NCBI GenBank assembly: GCA_033442325.1
Contig: JAWQFM010000036.1
Span: forward strand, 20,575-61,172
Reading direction: 5' to 3'
Length of the DNA stretch: 40,598 bases
Source of the DNA: Salpingoeca rosetta
Lineage: Eukaryota; Protista; Choanoflagellata
The notes under the pieces were generated by a model. It searched no databases. It saw only the letters and a list, made by a program, of their open reading frames with translations, and was not told where the DNA came from. The position numbers and the translations under genes are program-made. This document shows positions 1 to 13,824 of this stretch, piece after piece (positions within the stretch are counted from its first letter, which is position 1; each line of letters starts with the position of its first letter).

Positions 1-2774
1 GGTGTGGGCGCTGCTGTGCGTGTTCTCTGCTTGCACCTGTGCACCATCACACCATCACCCACCACACCCCACACAGTCCACGGAACCAAACGAGACTACC
101 CACAACAGAACCGCCAGTGAGTGCCCGTCACAACGCGCACCCTCTCCCTTCTCTCCACCAACCCTGCGCCAGCCACGCACACGAACAACGCAACCCACCA
201 CCTCCCACTCACACACCTTGATTCGCGTTTCGCCTGTCGCTTGTTGTTGTGTGTGTTGTTGGTCTTGTTGATTCGTGTTTGGGCGATTGGTGGAAGATGC
301 CACAAATAATCGCCCGCCGCTGCGTTTGTGCGGCAACTGCTGTTTGCTTTCTGCGTTTGCTTGTTGAAGGGCGGACTTGCTTGCTTGCTCACTTGCTTGC
401 TTGGTTGCTTGGTTGGTTGGTTTCAATGAGACAAGAAGAACAAGAAGAAGAAGGGGAACAACACTGTGTGTGTGTGAATGCAACGCAGGCTCACAGGCCT
501 TGCAGGCTGCGGAGGGAAGAAGAGAAGGGGAGAAGAGAAGGGGGATGGAAAAGAAGAAGAAACAGCACACACGCACATACACACACACACGCTCTCTCTT
601 CTCTCTTCTCTCTCCTACTCCTTCTCCCTCCTCCTTCTCACAGTCACAACAGACAACCAACAGCCACAAAGGGCTGGAAGAGAAAACAAACAAGGGGAGG
701 GGGCAACAGCCACCCAGCCAGATCGCCATGGAAGAAAGCGGCGAGGCGATGGAGGGGGAAAAGGAGAACACCGTCCATCAACACACACGCACACACATCT
801 GTTGGGAGCCCCTTGTCTTGGGTCCTCCTTCCTTTTCTTGGCCTGAGCTTGGTTGAGGTGGCACAGCTCGCCATGGCATGGCACGCGTGGATGTGGGCAT
901 GGGTGTTGCATGTGGATGGGTTCCTCACTCTGTGTGTGAAAAGCGATTGAGGGAAACAGTGGAAGGGGTGGCAGCAGCAGAGAGGAGGAAGAAGGAGAAG
1001 AAGCAAGGGAAGGGGGTGGATGTGAGCATGCCATGCGTGAGTGGACAACAACAACACATGGGCGTGCAATGGTGATGATGTGTGCTTGGTGTTGTGCGTT
1101 GTATGTGATGGCACAAGGACACAAAGGTCAACCCCAATCACACACACAATCACACACCTCGTCCTCGATCAACGCAGCTGCCTGACATATGTACACACGC
1201 GCACGCACATCTGCAGTCACACACACACACAGTCACACACACATGGCATTGCAGAGTGAGACAACAGTGGACCATGCACACGCATGCACAGCAATGCAAC
1301 CACAACCACCACAACCACCACAACCACCACAACGACAACATCTTTCCCCTCCCCATCTCCATCCCCCTTATGCACGGTCACATGGCCAGATACACAGCCG
1401 TGGTGGTGATGGTGGCCATGATGAACGCCTTCCTCCCACTTCCCCCCGAACCCCTTCCACCAAAAACACGCACAGCATTGCGTGCCCTCACCTCGTGCAT
1501 CGTGTCGCTGTCGGCGTGATTGATGGCGCTGCGCACACATGTACACGCACGCACGCACACATGGCCGTGTGTGTTCCCAGTTGAGATGAGCAACGGAAGG
1601 GAGAGATATGGGCGACACGACACGACGGCCAGTCAACCCCAACCAATCCAATCCAGCATCCGCCGCCGTGTGTTGCCTGCTGCAGTCATCATCACAGTCA
1701 CACAATCACAATCACACACAGAAAAGGAATGAGCCACTGATATGGGTGTCATTGTCATGTGATATTACCACCACACCATTCACGTGCATGTGTACACGCA
1801 CCCCCATCCCCCAACCAACATCATCCGCCCTCCATCCCTGCCTTCCCTCTCCCTCCTTTCGCTCTGCACTCCCACGTCGCATCACCACCACCGTGTCACT
1901 TTCCCCTTTGCCCTGCTTCCCACCACTCCACACAACACAGCCCACTCACCAACCAACCGCCAACGATCATCCTCACCTGTGCTTGATGCAGCCAGCCAGC
2001 CAGCCAATGTGCCACAGCGAAGCCAGAACAAAAGGGAACCGCAATCACACGCCACGGCCACCATCGTCATCGCTGATGGAGCAGAAGAGGAGATGAAGGG
2101 GGAAGAGTGGCGGGCACCAGCCGTGTCCTTCCTTGTCCTCATCGGTGCAGCCCCAAACACGGTGAACCGTGCACAGGCACACGCACGGCCATCATCACAG
2201 CAGCACCAGCAGCACAAGCTTGCATGCCTGCCTGCGTGTATGTCTGTGAGGCACGGAGAACCAACCAGAGACGAACAACAATGAGCGGTGGTGGTGAGGA
2301 CAGGAAAGGAGGGACACAAGGGACCACGCATGGGAATATGCAGCTTGTTGTGGGCGGGGTGCATCACCTACACAGAAGAACAACGAAGCAAGCACCCACC
2401 AAGCAAGCATCCAACAAGCAAGCAAGCAGGCACAAAATATCACCACTGCTGCATTACCTGTGTTGGCCGTTGTCTCGATCACGCCTCAACAGCTCCACAT
2501 CACATGGGAAAGGCTGATGATGATGATGACACAGAGCAGAGGCGATTGGTTGGGAAAAGGGGGAAGGGGATTCGGTTGGGAAAACCCGCACATGTCCGCC
2601 TGCAGCCACGCACACGCACACATTGAATTGTGTGATTGATTCATGTGAGACACACGTCAGTGCAACCACCCCACAGCCAATGTCTGCTCTGGTGTGTTGG
2701 CATGCATGTGTACATGCGTGTACAAGCGTGCGTATGTGCGCGCGAATGTGTGCTACCGCCCCATCACCCCATCA

Positions 2775-2811
<37 letters not shown>

Positions 2812-4417
2812 CTCTCACTCACACTCACACACACAGCCCCAACGTCTCACCTTGTGCCTTCTTCCCTCGCACATTTGTGTGTGCGTGTATCGCCCTGCTC
2901 GTGTCATGAGGGCCTGGGAAGAGATCGGCCACCGTCCTGTGTAAAATCACACACATGTACACATGCGCAAGCACAAACAACAGATCAGCAAGAATGACAC
3001 CACGCAGTGAGCCAGCATGGCAGAAACAAACCACATCCACCTCATTTGCCACATTCACATCACCCACATCATCACCTGTGCACGCACATGTCACATCCCC
3101 ACACAAACACAACCGCCACCACCACCTCCTCCACAAGCAGCACAGCTGCACATGCAAGGGCATGCGCTGTCGACATGCACCACAAACTCTCACCACCACC
3201 AGCGTCGTCGTCATGCGAGGCAACAGCACATCGACGCACATCACATCCTGTGTGCGGTTGAAGAAAGAGGTGAGTTGTCACAGAATCAGGCTGTCAACGA
3301 CAACAAAACCCATTGCCACCACCAGCAGACCCAACGACATCCAACCAACGCTTCACAAACAACCACACACTTACATGCTGATGTTCACACCCAACACATC
3401 ACACACCACCCACATCACCACAACCACCACCATTCATCTCACCTCCACATCCATGGCCGCAGCCGCTGCTGTTGGTGACCAAAAACGACGAGGACGAGGA
3501 GGAGATGGACGAGAGGCAGAGGGCCAGTTCATCCACAATGCAGGCAGACATCAGCAGTTGCTGCTGTTGTTGGTGGTGGAAACGGTGGAAACGGTGAAAA
3601 CAAATGGCCCCTTGCCACGCCGTGTCCTTTGCTCGCTCGCTCGGCTGCTTGGTTGGTCGGTTGGATGGAGACGGAATGCATGGCCCCGTGTCCAAATCAA
3701 TCAAAAAAAGGGGGAACAAAAGACACATGAGTGGACAGAGCGGACAAGGAAAGTGGGAGGCGAAGAAGGGAACACAACATGTCAACCAACACACACACAC
3801 ACACATCTAAGTCGCCCCTCTCACCTTCATCACTCGTCATCGTCATCGTCGTTGGTTCCACCGCTTCATGCGCCTCCTCAACGCTGTGAAACGTGAGTGT
3901 GCACAGACACAAGATGGGAGAGAATGCAGGGGTGAGGTTGACAGCGAAGCATCATCAACCACCCGCCAGCCCCATCCAACCACCCGCATTGACACACATT
4001 CACACGCACGCACACATGTTGTCCCCACTCATCCCACCACCATGCACGCATACGCACACATTGCTCACCTCTTCATCAGAGCGACTGACATGTGCAATGT
4101 GTGCCTCACGCCAGATTGGAGCTGGTGTTGGCCGGAGTGTGATGGCGGCTGTGCAGTCGATGGCAATGGCGGCGATGATGGTGACTGAGGAGCTGAGGTG
4201 GAAGAGCGAGAAAGGAGAGCGAAATGGGGAAGGTTGATGATGATGATGGGGTAGTTCATGGCGGCTGCTTTCCCCTCCTCTGACGTGGCCCTGGTACCCA
4301 TGCAACCATCACACAACGACAAGACACAACGACATCATCACACACAAGGTACAGGCATGGCATGTGAGCACAGCAGGCGTGTTCACCTCCCTGTCCCTCC
4401 TCTGCTTTACTCCACCT

Positions 4418-4463
<46 letters not shown>

Positions 4464-4602
4464 TCTGCGACTGACTGCGTCGCTGTGATAGGATGTGCCC
4501 ACCATGACCATGGATGTGTGTGTCCACAGCTGCTCCTCCCATTCCATCATGTGTGCACCGCCCATCATCCTCCAACGATCCTCAGGTAGTCGCCCCCTGC
4601 AG

Positions 4603-4645
<43 letters not shown>

Positions 4646-6211
4646 GCATGTGAGCTGCACAGCTACGCTGCTGCACGAGATACAACAGCAGCAACACCAA
4701 ACACCCTCAGCAACAACAGCAACACATGCACCATGTGCAATCCAAAGCATCCATGATGGGCCCACCTTGCCTTGCTAACATGTGGGAACACTGCATGAAC
4801 ACAACAGCGGCAGCTGAATCGGGGAAGTTGCAGCAGCAGCAGTCGGCATGCGAGCCCACTTCCATCAACATTGTGATGTGTGCTGGCACCTCACCACCTG
4901 TGTGTGTGCGTGGTTGCAGGGAATGTGAATGGGAATAGAACACAACAGACACAGAGCAAGCCATCACGTCAGCACAGCAGAAGAAGTGAGTGACATCACA
5001 CGCACCACGTGTGTGCGTGTGTATGTGTCGGTGTGTGTCCATCATCCCCCCATCAACCCTCTTCCTTGTTCATTTCATCGCACCCCATCACCATCACAGC
5101 CCCATCACACAACCAACAACCACTCATCATCACCCACATGCCATGTGTGAGGCGAGTGCAGCTGGCACGCGTGGCAAGTATCCTCGACATTCCCTCATCC
5201 TGTTGCCTGTGCGTGTGCATCACCTGTAAGTGTGGTTGTGTGCGAGCACCAGCATGGTGAGTGAGTGGGAGGGAAGAGGGAGTATGGATATGTGCGCAGC
5301 CACACTGCTACTGCCACTGCTGGTGTTGTGCATGCAGGTGTGAAGAACAAAGGGAAGAGAGAGACAACTGAAAACAGAAGGGAGGGAACAAGACATGCTG
5401 CACCCCATCCTTCCTTCCATCCCTCTTCCTCACACCACCACCACACACCACCATCCTCTGTCACCAGCCAGCCACCACACCACACCACACCACATCACAC
5501 TCACCCAGCATCCCCCACCCCCACCTCATCCATCCATCCATCCATCCAACACACATCTCCTCTCCGTTTCCCCTCTTCTTCTCGCCCTCACCTCTGCTGC
5601 TGCTGCTGCTTCTCGCCGAAAATGCAACTTGTGCTGTCGGCACCTGTTCCCAGCTGCAAACAGCCAGCCAGCTTCCGCCAGCAGCAGTGGGCGATGGGTT
5701 GGTTGGTTGGTTGGTTGGCTGGTTGGTTGGTTGGGGGATGTGTTCAGCAGCAAGTGGTGGTGGTGCATTCTCTGCTGCTGCTGCTGCATCGGCGGTGGAG
5801 GGTGTGTTGGCTGCTGCTGCTGTTGTTGTTGTTGTGATGGCCGTCAGGGAGGGCGAGAAAGAGAGGGAAAGATAAGCAGCGGCTGCAAGGTGGAGAATGT
5901 GTAGGTGTACATGCGGTTGTGTGTGAGAACGAAGAATGAGACAGCGCATTAAGCAGAGCAAAGCAGGCAGCCGCACCACACACATGTACACGTTGGTTTC
6001 GGACAACAAGGGGAGACAGGAACAGCAGAGACAGCGACCACAACCACAGCACACTGGTGCGGTGCTCATCACATCAACACGCACATGCAGTGCTGCACTC
6101 ACGTTGTTCATCGCTCGCTTGCTTGTTTGTGGTGTGGTGTGTGTTGGTGCTGCTGCTTCCACAGCCGCACAAGCGTGGCTGGATGGTCATCACATGGCAG
6201 CGCCCGTCTGT

Positions 6212-6775
6212 TCATCCCACCAGAGCAGTGGTGATTGGTGCAGGAGGGGGTGGGGGTGACAGGTGCTGGCTCAAGGCCCTCTGTGGCGACAGCAGAAGGA
6301 AGGAGAAACAAGCGTGGAAGGTGATAGTCGTGTCGAGGGTGGGAAGGGAAGGAAGTGAGGAAACACACAAGAAAATGCGAGGTGGTGATGATGGCGTGTG
6401 GGTGGGTGGAGAAGAGAACACGCACGTCGACACACACACACACACACCTGCCATGTGTTGTCGCCACTAAACAGGTTGATCCTGGCAGACTCCAAGTGTT
6501 GACAGCAGCAAACAACACAGACAAGACACACGAGTGGGCAGATGGTGAGAGTGGTTGAATGGACACGAGAACAAGCAAGCAACGCACACACCACATCACA
6601 AACGTCCCCATACTCACTCAACAACTCCTTGTCCCAACGATACACTCCCGCACCTGCGTGCACCTGGGTGGAAAGGGACTTGAAGAACTCCTCAAACACA
6701 AACACAACGCGTCTCTGCATCATCTCCACCACCTCATCAGGGATCGACCGCAGGATCCTCGGAAGCTGAACGCAG

Positions 6776-6831
<56 letters not shown>

Positions 6832-7083
6832 GCGTGAGCGACGTGACATGCAAGCCATCACCAAACAGAATCCCCATCAAAAACCACATCACCCCTCACG
6901 CATCACTTCACATCCCCATGTCACCGATCTTTCACCACACCTCGAGGAGCCTGTGCTCGGGGAATGCGAATGCTGAACGTCTCCCAGTCCAGCAGGTCCT
7001 GGTAGGGCTGCAAGCGTGCAAAAAGCAAACGCCAATCCATCACATCGCAGCACCATGAGCGACGGGAGGGGTACATCCACCCA

Positions 7084-7137
<54 letters not shown>

Positions 7138-8725
7138 GAATGTGATACAGATACGCACACTGAGACACACACGGCACACACAAACACGCAAACAATGTAC
7201 AATCCATCCATACGCACCAGCACGTAGTGATCGACGACAATGACGGGGATGGTACCCGCAGCCATGATCTATGAGGCATGAAAGGGGGTGACAGGAGATG
7301 GAAGGTGGTGAGAGCACAAACAGGACCGAAATCGTCTGCAAAACACACACACACACACACACACACTCACTCTCTCTCTCTCTCTCACACACACAAACAC
7401 ACACACACACACACCTGAAGGGGTGGTACCCAAATGCTTCCACGATGAGCCCAAACTTGGTCTCCAGCGCCAGTTCCGTGTACATGTACTTGTTGAACTC
7501 TTCCTCTGCCTGCTTACACGAGGGGTCATATCCACCCTTCCCCTCACGGCCCATGCGCTCTTCGCCAAACCACCGACACGCGTACACCCACACAATGCCC
7601 CTGCGCATCCACGCACAAACGCAAGTGGTGTGTGTGTGTGTGTGTGTGAGGTGGGTCCAGACAGATACGCACACAGCACCTAAACCAGCTGACTTCGAGG
7701 CAACGCACGACACACACGGGAACGCAGTAACACATAACACATCACACGCGTATCACACCACACCTGCCGTTGTGAAGCTTGGAGAGGTGGTTGCGCATGG
7801 CATCAAGAACGAGCAGACGTGGTGGTGCCCCTGCACAACAGGGAAAGAAGACACATGTCAAGCAGCGGCACCCCGACAGGTTTGGAGTGAGATCGCAGTG
7901 GCACAAGAAGGGCGAGTGGTGGTGCATTAAGCGACACCAACCTCTCAAAACCCAGCAGCAGCAGCAGTGAACATCGAACCCCACATCACACCACGTCACA
8001 ACACGCACGCATGCACACATGCACAGACCTGAAGATGACGAGGTATTTCCTGTTTGTGCGGGCGGAACGCGTCACTGCTCCGATGTGAATGAATGAATGT
8101 CACCATGGAGAAGAATGGCATGGACACATCGAGGCTATCACGGTGGTGGAATTCACTCGGGCCAACCTGATGCAGGTGGTGATGCGAACAAGGCGGCATT
8201 GGTGAAGTGTAAGCAACAGCAGTCGTAGATGGTGAGCGTAGGCACGCACAGTCATGTTCCAACACACACACACACACACACATTGTACCTTTGCAAGAAT
8301 GCCGTGTTCTGCATCCCAGGGGAGACATGGTGCGTCACTGTACTCAAAACAGGATATGGTAGCGGCCCTCGTTCCAATACGCAAGTCTGCCATGCATCAT
8401 CACATGTGAGCGTGTGTGCGTGTGTGTGTGTGTGTTTGGAAGGCATCCATGAGCGCAGGTCCTCTCGCACGCACGACATCAAGATCCACAAGCACCACCA
8501 GCACCACCAGCACCACCAGCACCACAGGCAACAACAAACCACCACCTCAGCTGGAGAGATTGCGCTCGATGGCTGCGCTCACGGGACGCATCGACTCAAT
8601 GTTGCCAGAGTACGTGCCGTGCATGCAATCTTTCAGTCACAAGCACGCAAACACAATTATGAGGTGGTGGTGGGTGATAGTGACTGCTGTAGAAGCCCGC
8701 GCATCTGCACCGACGCGACACACAA

Positions 8726-8765
<40 letters not shown>

Positions 8766-9206
8766 ACACACACCTTCACACACACATACATACACACACG
8801 CCTTCACACCAGCACGACACGTCGGTGCCTGGAACGAAGAGGTAAGCCTTGGACAGGTCATCGGTGCTGTACGGCCGTCACGGATGGCGGTTCGGATGGC
8901 GCGGTCGATGGTTGGCAGAGGCGGCCTCTTCATCAGCAGTCAGAGGATACACGTACACCTGCCATAGATGCACGCACGCATGAACACGCAATCATAACAC
9001 ACACGGGCAGACAGAGGGTGTGAGGTCGTCATGCTTCGGTTGCACTCCATGCCACGTCGTTGCTGTTGCTGTGTTGGTGGGTCTTCACCTTGAACGATGG
9101 GCACGTGCGAAGAGCATCGACGGATACGCCGTGCGCGGTGATCGCTGACATCAGGACCGCCATTGGCAGTGCGATAGTGCAGCGGCATCTCGGGGCAGTG
9201 CGTTCT
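6212..9206 (-). pseudogene. Exostosin-family (GT47, EXT1/EXT2-like N-terminal domain) glycosyltransferase, multi-exon, disrupted by frameshifts and stops
   Basis: Minus-strand GT-AG exons give EXT motifs in the expected order: CPSFK|VYVYP (~9087/8958), YSTDDLSKAYLFVPGTDV (~8820-8875), LAYWNEGRYHILF/EYSDAPCLPWDAEHGILAK (~8290-8387), HRDSLDVSMPFFS...NRKYLVIFR (~8029-8166), G...SDAMRNHLSKLHNG (~7764-7830), YDPSCKQAEEEFNKYMYTELALETKFGLIVEAFGYHPFR (~7415-7600), IMAAGTIPVIVVDHYVL (~7217-7267), PYQDLLDWETFSIRIP/EHRLLE (~6941-7007), LPRILRSIPDEVVEMMQRRVVFVFEEFFKSLSTQ (~6664-6765), LESARINLF (~6450-6495). Several exons need frame changes. The 3' end is approximate. Confidence 0.85.
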
Positions 9207-9313
9207 GGTAACAGTGGTGGTTGTGGTTGAGACGATGGGTGCGTTTGTTGTGTGGTGAGGCACGCGGGTGAAAGGGGATGGGAGGAGTGTTGGGAGATAT
9301 CTGCAACGAACCG

Positions 9314-9384
<71 letters not shown>

Positions 9385-9419
9385 CACATACACACACACA
9401 CACACACACAAACACACGC

Positions 9420-10036
9420 ACTGTGTCAAAGAGTTCATTCTCTTCGGCAGACATGAAGCTGTAGAGACGAAGGCATGAAGAGAGCCGCACAGAAGGATTG
9501 CAAGACCATAGCGAGTGATGAGTGGTTCAGTGTGTGCAGGTACACACCACCACCAGCAGCAGCGGCGGCGTCGGCCGCAATGCACCCGCAACAACAACAC
9601 AATTCGGTGGTCGCACCTCATGTCACCATCATCCTTGTGCCGGAGCAGCGTCTCCCCTTCCTCTCTTCAGCTGAAGGCCTACTCTGTGGCCCAAACACGC
9701 ACGAGGAACAGAAATCAGGACCACACATCGCAGCAAAAGATCAAACGATGGCACACGAATAGCAGACAGCAGACGCATGGCAGAATGACCACGTCGACGA
9801 CCATATGCACACACACATACACATACAGTGTGCGCATACCTTTGAAAGCAGTCGCTCTGTCCCGCCATGAGCAGCACCTTGCCAATGTTACCAACATTCT
9901 GCTCCATCGACGCAACCAAGGGCATCCAGTGGATGGCAACCTGGTCGTTAACGGTAGCGAGATGGGTGTTGCAGTGAGCGAGGGAACGTGCGCAAGAGTG
10001 ATGAGCCGTCATCACACGGTGGCCGAGCGTCATGAG

Positions 10037-10101
<65 letters not shown>

Positions 10102-11115
10102 GCTCACTGTCATGATGAGACGTGGGCATGCCATCATCTTGCGCATCACGCATGTCCAGCGAGATGATGCCGCGCAAGCGGGCTGTTGTGGGGTGTGTGT
10201 GTGCGTGTGAGGAAACCACGTGTGCATGGGGCAGGTGATGAGCACCTACAGCGTGCATGCCATGTAAACTGACTTGATTGCAACCTGGGGGATGAATGAT
10301 GTGTGACTGTGGTCACGACAGAGGACTGACCGATGTCAGCGCAAATGCTGTGATTGCTCGCCCCTGTACCCCTGTGGAGGTGCGTCCCACTCAAACGTGG
10401 CCTTCTGTATTGCTGGTGTCTTGGTCTCCACCACTCTCAGTTGCCGATTCCTGTCTGTTTGTTGTTTACGTGGGAGGAAGAGACGATGCAACCGTGAGAG
10501 CACACGTGCCAACGGCAGCAGCACCAGCAGCAGCAAGGCAGCAGCAGTGATAGCAGTGGTTGTGCTTTGGAAATCGGATCACCAGCGTGCACTGATACAC
10601 ACACACGCACAACACACACGAGCGGAGGTGTGATTGCACCCACCTCGCAGGTGGCCGTGAATGACACTGCTAGCCGCTTGCCTTGTGGTGTGCGTGTGTC
10701 AGCGGCAAGTGTTGCCAGTGCACCCTCAAGAGCGTTGTTTCTGCAGGCCACTGCCATATCCAATCATAAGAGAACAGCACATGTTCATGTCAGCCAAGCA
10801 CAACAACGACGACCTGACGACGACGAAACCACCACTTTCAGCAGATCCACAGCCCCCTGCACACATCCTTGTGCCACAAGAAGAAGGAAAGAAGGGAGTC
10901 CACACCCACACCCACAACAAAACAGCAACAGCAACAACCGACAGCACTGCCACCACAAACAGGACACCGCGTCCCACGTTCACGTACTTGGTTGCCTGAC
11001 GCATGGAGCGAACGAATAGCGCCCAAGAAGAAGAAGAACAAGAACAAGAAGTCGAGGAAGGAGCAGTGGGCATGATGTGTGTTGGCTCACCTGGGCATCG
11101 TTGACGTGACGCCTG

Positions 11116-11165
<50 letters not shown>

Positions 11166-11460
11166 ATGTGTGTGTGTGTGTGCATGTGTGTCAGAGACCT
11201 TTCTTCCACATTGGTCTGGTTGGCTGTTGGTGACTGGGTAGCGATCACCAACAATCCCCTCTTCCCCTCTCCCACATCTCTCTTCTCCCCCATGCTGCTG
11301 TTGTGGTGACTGCCACATCACCCCCTCCTTCCTTCCTTGTCTTGCCTTGCCTCGCTGTGTGCACTGCACCAAAGAGAAGAAGAAGAAGCGAGTGCAAGCG
11401 AGTTTGGGCTGCCACATCTCCACAGTCGTGTCATCGACTGATTTCAGCTTTCCCGGTCTT
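9420..11460 (-). pseudogene. Possible further degenerate upstream exons of the exostosin-like pseudogene, or of another decayed gene
   Basis: GC-rich exon-like blocks between CA tracts, some with minus-strand splice-like ends (e.g. ~9840-9990 VNDQVAIHWMPLVASMEQNVGNIGKVLLMAGQSDCFQ; ~11198-11260). No family recognised. Confidence 0.3.
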
Positions 11461-11512
11461 CTTCTGCACAAACACGCACAACAGCCGTTTGTCGTGGCTG
11501 GTTGCGCGCAAT

Positions 11513-11557
<45 letters not shown>

Positions 11558-12627
11558 CGCTGCATTCGCTGCGACGAAAGGAAAGGATGTATGGGGAGGT
11601 GCGGTTTGGTCACACTCAGCCACAACAACAACCACAACAACAGCAGCAGGGAGCAGCAGGGAGCAGGGGGATATTGATGATGATGACAATGACACATGCA
11701 ATCCATCAATCAATCAATCAAGCAGACGAGCAAGCAGGCAAGCGAGCAAGCAAGCCAAACAAAGGGACATGTGTTCATTCACTCCGCTTGGACGAGCGAC
11801 ACGCCCACCACGTGGTGCGTGCGTGTGTGTTGTACTCACTGCTCTGCCCTCCTTTACACGGTTCCTCCCTGCCTCGCAGTCCTCTCTCCCTTTCTTTCCT
11901 TTGCACACCCCTTGCTTGACCTGCTCTCTGCACACCCTCTCTTCTCCACTCCCCCCCCCTCACTCACACGTCTCAAGTCACCTCCCTCTCACCCCCTCCC
12001 CCTTTGCCTTTGGCTGCAACGCTGTGCGTCTTCATCTTCACCACCACCATCTGTGTTGCAGGCTGACGATGATGGTGGCTTGAATGACAGCACCGTGTCC
12101 TTGAGCGGGTGCCATCACCGTGTGCCACGACAACAAGAGGCACTACCTTTTCTCTCGCTCTGTCTTGGTATGTGCATGGCTGATGGGGTGGGGGGTGTTG
12201 CCTGGGATTTCCACTCCACTGCACTGCACCTCAATCTCAATGTGCTGTGTGACGCGACATGCACACCACAGTTTGCACGCCTCCTTCCCCCACTTATCCC
12301 CTCAGCACGCCCTTGTTCTTGTCAGCCACACCCCACATCTCCCACACACTCTCTCTCTCCCCCTTGCCCCTGTCACGATGTGTGCTTGCTTCAGCAGGCC
12401 GCTGACATTGTCATCACCGCTGTCAGACTGTGGTCGGTGCCATGCACGGGCATGGAGACAGTGAGCCAGCTCGTGGTCTCCAGCGTGGTGGCTGGAATGT
12501 GCACTGAGGTGAAGGATCCCACCACCACACTTCCGCTTCCATGCCGCCATGGCTGACACCACTGGCACTGCTGGTTGACACGCACCAGCAGGCATCGCTC
12601 CCAGCGCCACACAAGAGGTGTGTGTGG

Positions 12628-12708
<81 letters not shown>

Positions 12709-12806
12709 TGAACATGTGTGAACATGTCGCTTCGTCGCTTCTCTCCTTTCTCCACTTTCGCCTTGCCAAGCCTCACCGCTGCCCCTTGTCGTCCTGCCGC
12801 GTTCAG

Positions 12807-12934
12807 GCTGTTGAGGCGCTGCTCGCTGTGATCCAGGGTGCCCGGCTCCCGCGAATCGCCCAACACCAGCGCGACCGAGAACTGCATCTCCGCCTTTGTC
12901 AAGATTGCACGCAACCCAGCACACGGCCTCTCAA

Positions 12935-13008
<74 letters not shown>

Positions 13009-13824
13009 TGCTACACTCCTTCTTCGCCGTCCTTTTTGCTTTGGTTGTTTGCTCTTGTTGTCACGTTTTCGTCGCTTATTCTTGACCTCCTCATCCACCC
13101 ATCTACTACCAACCCTTGCACAGACGAGATGCTGACGCATCTGCTTGACTGGCTGCCCATTACAGAAGACGACGATGAAGCAAAGTGCATCTACACATAC
13201 CTCGTCGAGCTCTTTTAAGCGTGAGTGCTACCACTGTGTTTTGTGAGTGTGTGTGTGTGTGTGTGTCTATGTGTGTGTGCATGGCCTGGTCGTGCTGCAT
13301 GTGTCGGTGGTGTGCTCTGTCGCCTGTCGTTCTTGTTCCCGACTGACTCTCCCGTCCCCCTCCTCATTGCTTCCTGTACCTCCCTCTCCTTCCTTTTGTT
13401 GTTGCTTCTGTAGGCAAGATCCACGCGTGACCGCGCCTGAGAGCCCGGTGAAGATTGTGCGTGCATTTGTTTGTGCAGGTGGTTGGCACCCCCGCGGCCG
13501 CCGTCGACGAGCCCCACTGCCAGGGCATGTACACAGCCTCATGGTGCGTGGGTTGTGTTGTGTGTGATTTATGTGATGTGTGTGTGTGTGTTTGCTGCCT
13601 CGAAGATGCGCGATTGTCGTGTACTTCGTGTACTTTCCCATCCTCTTCCTCCCTCTTCCTCCCTCCTCCTCTTTCCTCTCCTCATTCTCACGCCCTCGTG
13701 TCGTTTCCTCTCGTAGAACATGCAGGATTCGCCTGCCCACGGTGTGTTGGGGCAGTTGATGCAGGATCCCGAGGCGCACGCCCGCGTGCAGCGCGCTGTT
13801 GAGGCGCTTGGCTCGTCCACATAG
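12807..13824 (+). pseudogene. IPO5: C-terminal fragment of importin-5/karyopherin beta-3 (IPO5/Pse1-like), disrupted
   Basis: Exon 12807-12936 gives VEALLAVIQ/VPGSRESPNTSATENCISAFVKIAR, with a frameshift at GGG 12836-38. Exon ~13124-13220 gives EMLTHLLDWLPITEDDDEAKCIYTYLVELF followed by TAA (13216-18). These match the importin-5 motifs NATENCISA and WLSWLPLxEDxEEA. Later exons at ~13414-13543 and 13718-13824 end in TAG. No N-terminal importin exons were found upstream. Confidence 0.8.

Noticed and set aside
2955-3896. 313-aa ORF in the left region
   Set aside because: Low-complexity T/H/S-rich translation with no motif or coherent splice structure.
6212-9206. RNA editing or programmed frameshifting rescuing the exostosin gene
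   Set aside because: The lesions are heterogeneous (1-, 2- and 8-nt insertions, stops, eroded exons). Pseudogenisation or sequence error is more parsimonious.
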